From: Monosiga brevicollis MX1
Taxonomy: Eukaryota
NCBI RefSeq assembly: GCF_000002865.3
Contig: NW_001865085.1
Span: forward strand, 189,162-209,161
Reading direction: 5' to 3'
Length of the DNA stretch: 20,000 nucleotides
Both the position numbers and the translations under genes were made by a program. The notes beneath the pieces were generated by a model. That model was not told where the DNA came from, did no database searches, and saw nothing but the letters and a program-made list of their open reading frames with translations. Numbering within the stretch: the stretch's first letter is position 1; each line of letters opens with the position of its first letter. Of this stretch, positions 11,890 to 20,000 are shown piece after piece.

Positions 11890-14268
11890 TTAACAAATCT
11901 ATCCCCCGGGAATGCCACGGCCTGCAAGCAGAACTCAAGTGTGACATCATGTTTTGTCTTTTTCCACACGTCAATCCATCCTCTTTCAATCCATTCTCGC
12001 CTTGCTCGTATCCTCTGTTCACTCGGCCCGCCAACGCTTCGAGCTATCGTCATTCAACACACCCAGCCATGTCAAGGGCGCAAGAGAGCGTTTGCTTGCA
12101 CTGCAATATCACCTTCCACAGTCGTGTTGCAAGAGATCAACATGTTTCTTTGGTGCGTGGCGTGCATCATGAATCTGTCTGATTGTTCTCCGAAAAAAAA
12201 AAAAAAAACACCTCATCACCTCATCATCATTCGTGAACATGTAGGTGCACCAGAAGAGAACACGGATCAGGTTGAACGGAGAAGTGATCGTTCGACACCG
12301 GGAGAATGACGGCTTTTTTCATTGCCGAGTGGCAGGGTGCCACTACCGCCACAAACGTGCGGTCACTCTCAAGTCTCACCTTCGACACCAACATGAGGAG
12401 CGGGCACCACCCATGCCGGCAGTGATCAACAACCATCCGCCTGCTCGCCAAAAACCCGCTCGAACGCGCACGAGAAAGCGCGTAGTCAGGCTTGACCGAG
12501 GCCTAGGCATTGCTGGGGCTCGGCAGTTCATGGAGGGCATTGGTTGCTTGGTGAGCCCTGCTGTTGCATCACTGGTCTGTACGCATTGTGGCCATGTCCT
12601 GAGCGGCAGGGTACTCCATCACATCCTCAACAAGCACCATGTAAGGTGTAGCCAAGAAGATATCGACGCAGCCACGGCACTCCTGCGCTCCCTGCAGCCT
12701 GAGGAGCCGCCAATTAACCTCGGGCCAGAATCAGGACCTTGTTTGCCTGTAGAAGGCATTCCTATTCTTGACGGTGTGGGTTGCCCCTTATGTCAAGCAT
12801 GCTTTACCTCGAGCGGCAGTCTCAAAAATCACGTTATGGCAGAGCATCCAGATGAACCAGGGGCCTAGCAGTCGCCACGACTTGTCAAGCTGCAAAAGCC
12901 GTTGCGTGGAGCTGGAGTTCGTTGTGTCGAGGTCATTGTCGAAGAGAGCCACGATGCTTCGGCAGCCGATGTAAGCGAAAACGAGCAGGAGCTCGAGGAG
13001 CAGCAGCGGTTCAAGCACTTTATCTCAAGCACCCAGGCCATGGCCTCAGAGGCTGAGGATAAGCGATGCCCGCACGGCGTTCACCAGATGCATCCGTTCT
13101 ACGACAGCGTGGGCATGACGCTGGTCATTAACGAGCTGAAGTCAGAGCGCATGGTCGAACTGGGCCACAACACCCCGTCGGCACTCCTCGAGTCGGGCAT
13201 GCATGAGCTGTTCTGGACGGCCTACGAGCAGCTCTCGGATCAGGGCCTGGCCGCCGCTGCGGTGACGCGTCTGTTTGACGACAATGAAGGGCAGTATCAG
13301 CATCGCCCCATGCGGCAAGTACAGCCGCAAACCGTCAGCAGGTACCTGAGTCTTGGAACACGCCTGGTCCAATTTTTGCTGCTGCTGGAGGCCATGCCAG
13401 CCCCCGATCCGTCCAGCTTTCTGGGCCAGGTGCTTGCCAGCCGTGGCCCTGCGGTAATCAATGCCACCGCGGCTCTGAGTGCGGCTCTGGACGCTGGAAT
13501 GACCAAGAAAGAGCTGGTCGAGCCCCTGACGTCTCTGTGGCTGGCCCTGGTGGAGGTGGAGCTGAGCCTCTTTGACAACGACAAGGTGCACTTTGTCAAC
13601 GTCTTCCTATTGTGCACGGCCGTGTCCAAAGGAAGCGGCATCCTGCAAGACATCAGGCAGTGGACCACGACGCCCGCTGGACTGCTGTACGTTTTCAAAT
13701 TGTTCCTGCTTCGCCGTGGCAAGAATGAGTCGTGGTCAGTGGCCAACGAGTTGAGGCCGTATATGCAGCCCGGGCGATTGGTGCATTTCTTGAGCCAGCG
13801 CATGAGCATGGCACGAACAGCGAGCATGGCCGAGGGGCAGGCTGGAGTCGACGTCGAGGTCCGAGCCGATGGCGACGTGACGGACGAGACGCTGCACACC
13901 ATTGTCTGTCGAGGCATTGAGCTCAATGTGGAGGAGCTTGGGGCTGCCTTGGAGCAGATGCGCAAAGACATGACGGAAACATTGGACAAGCACCTCTTGT
14001 TGGTCTCAGGCCTGCGGACGAAGTACGAGAACGAAAATGAGCGGCTGCGATTGAAGGAGGATCGGACCAACAGGGTCAAGAACTGGTGGGTGGGCCATGG
14101 CAGTCCAGCCGAGAACGCGCTGTTTGATCACATTGGCCAGACCCCGAGTCTGCGGCAAGAGTTTATCCGAACGGAGCATGGGTCCAGTGGCGAGCTGACC
14201 TTTCGAGAGGACAGGGTACGGGTATGGCTCCGATATGTGCGCAGGTTCAACGAGCTAGCACTCACCTA

Positions 14269-14312
14269 CACGCACATTGCCGGAGGTACGATTGAATCAA
14301 GCCGTCTCTTGG

Positions 14313-14345
<33 letters not shown>

Positions 14346-15213
14346 TTCCTGCCACTCATGCCTGCTTGCCTTTGACTAGGTCTGCCGCCACGAGCCTCTG
14401 TGTATCAAGGGCTGTCCTACAAAAACGGCGTGGGCCGGCAACGAGCCGCGTTTTTTTGCCGAGAAGCAGCTCTCCATATTGACCCGCGTGAGCAAGACCT
14501 ACTGGCTGTCCCTGAACGAACAGCACACCTTTCGATACGTAGACCAGGAAATCAGCACGCCTGCGATCCATGAGAGAAGCAATAACAGATCAGGAAGAAA
14601 GAGGACGTGAGGAACAATGATGATCTAGATAATGAAAAGGGGGCTGATATTCATGTATTTACTGCTGTGCAAGCCTCTGGAGCACATGCTGAGCAGCTGG
14701 CTGCAAAAGCGGGGCGGGCTGGACACCCCCGACGACGAGAACGGCATTCACAATGCCGAGCAGGACGACGAAGATTTCCTCGACGACGAGCTGGATGAAG
14801 ACCACATGAGCCACGACGAGACGATGACTTTGCGACGCGAGGTCCGGGACGCTCGAAACCACTACAACAACAGCCACCTGCTCTTCAACATTGCGCCCCT
14901 GCAGACGATGGTCAGCCCAGCCACCATATATGCGACATTTCGTCGACAAATGACCACGTACCTGCATCGGCCAAAGCTGGGGGTGGCCACGTGGCGACAC
15001 GCCGCAACCTTCTGGATGACGACGTTTGTGATTAACCGACTGTCGGCCGAGACGACCGGCGCCCTGGGCAGCCTGATCCACACTCAAGCTCAACACTCTG
15101 GGGACACCGCCCAGCGGGCCTATGCACGCACAGCCAGTGACCATGTGCAAACCAAAATGTCGTCGCGATTGATGCATCAAGTGGCCTCGCAAAAATGGCA
15201 TGCTTTGTTTGGA
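14269..15213 (+). other. Tyrosine-recombinase-like catalytic domain within the polyprotein
   Basis: Candidate catalytic residues occur in canonical order: R in GGLPPR (14391-14393), K in TRVSKT (14494-14496), WRH (14992-15000), H in QAQHS (15094-15096), Y in RAYAR (15121-15123). Assignment is by motif recognition, not by a profile search. Confidence 0.65.
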
Positions 15214-15399
15214 CTAGATCGCAAGCGCAGCATAGCCGAGTTGACCGCGAACCAAGAAGCATTGAAAGCTCGCTATCCCATCAGCTGGAACCCGGTGACT
15301 GACCTCTCACCCGAGGCAAACGGGCGTATCATCATGAACACGAGGGCCGAGCATGACGTACCCTACATGACCCAGCTGGCCAAGCAGGCGAGCATCTCG

Positions 15400-16631
15400 T
15401 GGGGCCACAGTTTCAACAGCCAAGAACAGTTGGACCTGGCTGCGGCTATTGACCAGCACCAGCCGGAGGATGGATGGCTGATTGTTGTTGCACCGACAGG
15501 CATGGGCAAAACATTTTGTACCCTGCCCAAGCTGGGCTGTCGCCCGCATGCCGGTACGGTGCTGTGGATTGTGCCGTTTGTGGCCGTGGCCAACGATTTA
15601 TTGCGGCGATTTCAAGGCGCAGGTCACAGTGCCCAGCGATGGCTTGGTCCCTCTACACAGGTGGCAGATGGCCTGGACGTGCTCATCGTTACGACCGACA
15701 TGTTTGTCCGCGTGGGATCTGAATCCCTACATGGGAAGGTCTGCTTTCAGCGCATCCGCACCGTGGTGATGGACGAGGCGCACACACTCATCTCAGATGC
15801 CAGCTACCGAGATGTGATGGACGAAGTCGCAGCCAGTGTTGGCTCTGGCGGATGGACCAACATCAAACGCGTGGCGTTGACGGGCACACTTTGCATCGGG
15901 GACCAGGAGCATCTGTTTCGAAAGCTGGGTCAGCAAGTCGGGGGCAAGGTGTACCGTCTGGAGACGATGCGTCGCGATCTGCAGCTGCGTGTGCTTCACG
16001 GAAATCAGCTGAACTTTTTGTCGCATGTGCAAGACACTGTGGACACGCAGCGGGTGATGCGTCAGGCGAATGGGGAGCGTGTGCACATGATGGTCTTTTG
16101 CGACACTGTGAACGAGGTGAAGCTGCTGTGTGACCAGCTGCACGCACGCGGCTACATGGCCTTGCCCTACTACACCGACCTGGAGGAGAAGGCGCAAAAG
16201 GACCACGTGGCACAGTGGCAACGGGGTGAATGCGACGTCATTGTGGCCACCAGCTGCCTCAGCACGGGTGTGGATCTGCTCACCATTCGCCACGTGCTGT
16301 GGTATGGCAACGGCTACAACGTCTATACGCTGGCCCAGGTACGTTGTTGCTCAAACAGTCGTGTGACTGTATGGAGTTGAAAACAAAAAAAAAAATTCAA
16401 TTGTTGGTTTTGCTGATGGTGTACATGTGCTTGGGCTAGGCATTTGGTCGGGCTGGTCGCGATAAACAGGGAGGAACTGCCGAGCTGTGGCTACCAGTGA
16501 GACGTGGGCCAGCACCGGGCATGGAAAAGTTTGTCGAGGGCAATGCGTGCCGCAGCTGGGCGCTCGGCAAGTTGCTAGATCCCCGCGCCGCGACATGCTT
16601 TGCTGCCGGCCAGTCGCTTTGTGACGTGTGC
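15400..16631 (+). other. RecQ-family SF2 helicase domain plus RecQ-type Zn-binding motif
   Basis: Motif I APTGMGKT (15490-15513), Ia IVPFVAV, II DEAH (15772-15783), III LTGT, IV MVFC, V VATSCLSTGVD, VI QAFGRAGRD (spliced), then CR..LD..C..CDVC. Confidence 0.92.
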
Positions 16632-18753
16632 GCAGGAACAGCACAGCGCCTGGAGCCAGCAATAGCTGCGCGCCAGCAGCGCGCTGCCCAAGCGTTGAGT
16701 GTGGGGCATGTGGAAGCAGAGCCCGAGGCGATGGCGGAGGAGGAAGATGTGTTGTCTGAGCCACCTGCAGCACGGCTCGAGGAAGAAGAATCGATCGGGC
16801 CAGAGTCCGCTTTGGATGTAACTTCAGCATCGAACGTTGACACAGTCGCGTCCCCAGGACCAGGTGCCGTTGCAGCGCAGTCGAGCAGAAGCACTCCACG
16901 TGCCCAGGACACGGCTGTGGTGGCGACAAATGGAGGGCCAATGACGGACGCTGCTGTGCCACGGATACAGACGAGTGCTGCTTGGATTGATGAGGCAGAT
17001 ACAGCACCCATGTCGGTGCCAGCTTCACCCATGGTCTCTGATGCTGATGGCGAGGCGCCTTTACAGCAAGACGCGCGTGGCCCGGCGCAAACCACGATGG
17101 CAGAGGGCGAGAGCACGTCACAGCCAGTCGTGCAGTCAGCAGCACAGCCAACCCCCACGAAACACGCGCCAACCCCGTCGGCCTCGATCATTTGCGTGCC
17201 AGTACCATCGGCCTCGGGTTCAACCTCGTCTCCGGCGCGATCGGCTGCAAGCTCAGCCTCGGGTACACTGCGGCGTAAGCGAGTGCCGCTGGCTGCTGAA
17301 AGTACATGTACCCCTGGGTCTGACAATCATGACGATGGCAACGGCATCGCTACCAGCCCTGCTGCCTCAACATCCAAGCGAACGGCATCGGATGTCACGT
17401 GCACAGCTGTTGCTTCTTCAACAGCGGCGCAAGCAGCGGAGTCGCCTCTTCCCGCAGCAAAACGAGCAGCATCGAGTGGCACGCGCACCGCTACCGTTGC
17501 CGCTACTGCTATCACTCGCTCTGAAGCCCCGGTATCTGCTGCGGCTACGCCACCGAATCGGCACAACGTCGCCCCAATATTTCGGTCGAAATCGGGGACA
17601 AAAAAAAAAATCTGATGAACAACGCGGCGGCTGACAAGTTTATTGGCGTTCTGAAGTTGATGGATGATTACTGCATGCGATGTACCATTCGACAGGCGAA
17701 ACCCGTCCTGAAGGCTGGGCATCAATGCGTATGCAATCGTGTTTGTGAGCGGTGTCACTTCGGAGGACACGAGACAAGTGAATGTTCAGTGCACCTCGCA
17801 TACCCCGACAGAGCCTGTTGCTACGCTTGTGGAATGCCAAGGAAGATTCGTGGATGGGATACATGGAATCACCGTTGCAGGCAGTCTCAAGGACTGGATT
17901 CGGGCCTGAGCTGTCTCCTCCTTTATTCGGACTGTAATCCGGGGCTGCGCGACCTGGCCCACCGGATGGGCTACAACTTGAGGGAAAGGACATTGAAGGA
18001 TATAAAAACGCGCGACTTGTTTGTCAAGTGGCTGTACTCGTCCGGTCCTTGTCCATTTCCAGGGGATGGGCATTGGCGTCTTGTGGAATTTGTGTTTGAA
18101 AGTGCGAGGATCCTGCTTCCCAGTGCGGCGGAAGCCCAAGTCGGCCCCCTCGACAGCTTTCGCTAAACACACACAGGAAGCCCTTTTGAGAATCAGAACA
18201 CAGAACCGAATGTCAGAATGTCATCATCTTTTGTATCTTCAATAACTGCTGAATAGACTGCATCTTTTTACTTGGAATGGCCATGATCAGCTTCAATTAA
18301 TTGAAGCTTTGCTGCATTAACCTCTTGCCTCTATATCCTTCCCTTTGCTGTTGACTTCATTTTTTTTTTTTCTCACAGACGCGCCACGATGAAGCGGGCC
18401 ATGGGCGGGGCGCGCGCGCACTCCTGGTGGTGCGTTGTCGTCGTTGTGGCGCGACGGGCAAGTGCTGCCGAGGTGCAAGCGACGTCATGGATGAACGGGT
18501 GGCCAAGCGACATTGCCGCGTGACCGTCATGGATTTACCATTCTTGCTGATCTCGTGTTGGGCTGCCATTTGTTGTCAAGACAATTCCTCGCTCTGACCC
18601 ATGAAGAGCCGCGATGGCTCGTGCGCTGATGGACGCGCTAGCGAGGCCCAAGAGCCACGGTGCCTGGTCAGATCCGGCACGAAGCACTCCCGCTCAAATG
18701 CAGGTGAGAAACCGATCTTAGGCCCGCTTTTGAAGATGCTATCCATGTTGCCC

Positions 18754-19088
18754 NNNNNNNNNNNNNNNNNNNNNNNNNNNNNNNNNNNNNNNNNNNNNNN
18801 NNNNNNNNNNNNNNNNNNNNNNNNNNNNNNNNNNNNNNNNNNNNNNNNNNNNNNNNNNNNNNNNNNNNNNNNNNNNNNNNNNNNNNNNNNNNNNNNNNNN
18901 NNNNNNNNNNNNNNNNNNNNNNNNNNNNNNNNNNNNNNNNNNNNNNNNNNNNNNNNNNNNNNNNNNNNNNNNNNNNNNNNNNNNNNNNNNNNNNNNNNNN
19001 NNNNNNNNNNNNNNNNNNNNNNNNNNNNNNNNNNNNNNNNNNNNNNNNNNNNNNNNNNNNNNNNNNNNNNNNNNNNNNNNNNNNNNNN
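18754..19088. other. Assembly gap (335 N)
   Basis: Run of N. Confidence 1.
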
Positions 19089-19089
19089 G

Positions 19090-19501
19090 GCCCGGCTGCC
19101 ATTTGGTGTTGGCCAAGGAGCCAAGGCGCGCCTTTGGTTTTTTTTTTTGGCCGTTGAGCGGGGTGCTAATGATGAGGCTGTCGTGTCACAGGATAGCCAC
19201 AGGTGGATGAGGACTCCATAGTGAGCAGCGAAATCTCGTGAAGAATGAGAGGTAAGCTTTGTTTTGACGTTCGCCGAAAATTGTGACCAGGAGCCCGGCT
19301 GCCATTTGGTGTTGGCCAAGGAGCCTTAGGCGCGCCTTTGGTTTTTTTTTGCCCTTGAGGGGGTGCTAATGGTGGGGCTGTCGTGTCACAGGATAGTCAC
19401 AGGTGGATGAATACTTCCCATTGAGCAGCGGAAGCGTGCGAAGAATGCGTGGTGAGCTTTGTTTTGACGTGCGCCGAAAATTGTGACCAGGGGCCCGGCT
19501 G
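19090..19501 (+). repeat. ~200-bp tandem repeat (two full units plus the start of a third) near the right end of the element
   Basis: Units start with GCCCGGCTG at 19090, 19293 and 19493 (periods 203 and 200). Shared blocks include GCCATTTGGTGTTGGCCAAGGAGCC, GTCGTGTCACAGGATAG and CGCCGAAAATTGTGACCAGG. Confidence 0.92.
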
Positions 19502-19586
19502 TCACTCGGTCTTCGCAAATGGCCCGTCGCTCGCATTTGTTCAATTTTTGGGTTCTTTTTATCGTGGTGGCCATTAATTTTACATG

Positions 19587-19907
19587 ACAAGTCAACGTTC
19601 GAGCTTTTGGTGCGCTGTACTGTCGGTACTCAATCGAATCATTCGGGATGTTTATTGTCATGTGGGTTCGGCGCAACCGCTAACAGCGACACGATCGGAG
19701 GCTAACCGCTAATGCGTTGGTGAAAGGATTGTTGAAAGACATCAATTTATAATATCAAGGCGAGGAAGCAAAAGTTTGAAACGCGTGCAAGGATACAAGT
19801 CGAGAGAAAGGGAAGCAGGTGGCGTGAGGACGGTACCGGATCATTGAGCGTGAAGTAGGAATTGAGGAACAAAGCGGCGGAGAGGAAGATGAAGATGCGG
19901 CAATCAG
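19587..19907 (+). pseudogene. Probable resumed 3' part of the interrupted ankyrin/helical gene (exon pieces 19587-19609 and 19687-19907)
   Basis: Reads DKSTFELL, then a 77-nt GT-AG intron, then RHDRRLTANALVKGLLKDINL*YQGEEAKV*NACK...IIEREVGIEEQSGGEEDEDAAI. The frame has strong G bias at codon position 1. There are three stops (19750, 19777, 19825), each one C>T change from a sense codon. Donor GTAAAA at 19908. Confidence 0.45.
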
Positions 19908-20000
19908 GTAAAAATTAGGAAGTATGCAAAGCAGAGGGATTTGAGAGAGCAGGACGGGGAGGCAGCGTTTGGCAAAAAGTGTGATTGAAAGAGCAGCAAG

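Larger units (their letters stand above)
12069..18166 (+). pseudogene. Element polyprotein (~1,900 aa when repaired): C2H2 x2, DUF3505/OrsD-like Zn domain, tyrosine-recombinase-like domain, RecQ-family DEAH helicase, RecQ Zn-binding domain, S/T/A/P linker, CCHC knuckle/Cys-rich C-terminus
   Basis: Exons 12069-12152, 12245-14285, 14380-16338, 16440-18166. Splicing reconstitutes motifs across each intron: CLHC...HVSL|VH, HIAG|GLPPR, TLAQ|AFGRAGRD. Lesions are an in-frame TAG at 12866-12868, +1 T in the run at 14451-14457, an 84-bp insert at 14560-14643, and an A11 frameshift at 17600-17610. Confidence 0.85.
11890..19579 (+). mobile_element. Putative tyrosine-recombinase/RecQ-helicase DNA transposon (Crypton-like), ~7.7 kb, flanked by direct repeats TTACATG at 11883-11889 and 19580-19586
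   Basis: Removing the segment plus one repeat copy restores an open host frame (MRNLH-DKSTFELL) that leads into a canonical intron (GTGCGC at 19610 to AACAG at 19686). The interior holds a single polyprotein gene with YR-like and helicase domains and subterminal tandem repeats. No TIRs or LTRs. An N gap lies inside. Confidence 0.65.

Noticed and set aside
11094..12182. The 362-aa ORF as a gag-like ORF1 of the element
   Set aside because: It is a composite: a host helical exon up to 11889, chance read-through of the element's 5' end, then element exon 1 from 12069.
14632..16631. Annotation as an ordinary housekeeping RecQ (BLM/WRN/Sgs1) or as a Helitron
   Set aside because: No winged-helix or HRDC region is evident, it is fused to YR-like and DUF3505-like domains, and it lies inside another gene. 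Helitrons use an HUH Rep with a PIF1 (SF1) helicase, neither of which is seen.
13142..17770. Long minus-strand ORFs (e.g. 13297-14079, 16436-17326, 16351-17172)
   Set aside because: Antisense shadows of the GC-rich plus-strand coding sequence, with no recognisable motifs.
18576..19319. ORFs spanning the N run
   Set aside because: Artefacts of the assembly gap.
10218..19629. Alternative element boundaries: 8-bp direct repeat GTCGGTAC (10218-10225 and 19622-19629) with adjacent 5-bp inverted ends AGTAC...GTACT
   Set aside because: The pattern is striking, but this interval would include exon 10799-10972, which reads as the in-phase ankyrin continuation (SGETPLECGRRNGH) of the host gene. The TTACATG boundaries restore both frame and splicing. 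Disfavoured rather than excluded; alignment of sibling copies would decide.

Overview
Intron-rich eukaryotic DNA with short introns and GTACGT/GTGCGT donors. The style suggests a choanoflagellate such as Monosiga, which is an inference only. 1-8.8 kb holds three paralogous genes for secreted or surface proteins: signal peptide, three copies of a ~40-aa beta/coiled-coil motif, then 24-aa receptor-L-domain-like repeats, each on its own phase-0 72-nt exon. These genes show exon duplication and a mosaic relationship. From ~10.1 kb an ankyrin-repeat plus helical-domain gene is split by a ~7.7-kb insertion (11890-19579). The insertion is bounded by a 7-bp direct repeat (TTACATG) and has no real terminal inverted repeats. 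It encodes one ~1,900-aa spliced polyprotein: C2H2 fingers, a DUF3505/OrsD-like domain, a tyrosine-recombinase-like domain (R-K-RH-H-Y), a RecQ DEAH helicase, a Zn domain and a CCHC knuckle. It ends in ~200-bp tandem repeats. This looks like a Crypton-like tyrosine-recombinase/RecQ-helicase DNA transposon related to fungal telomere-linked RecQ helicases. This copy carries four disabling lesions, and a 335-nt N gap lies inside it.
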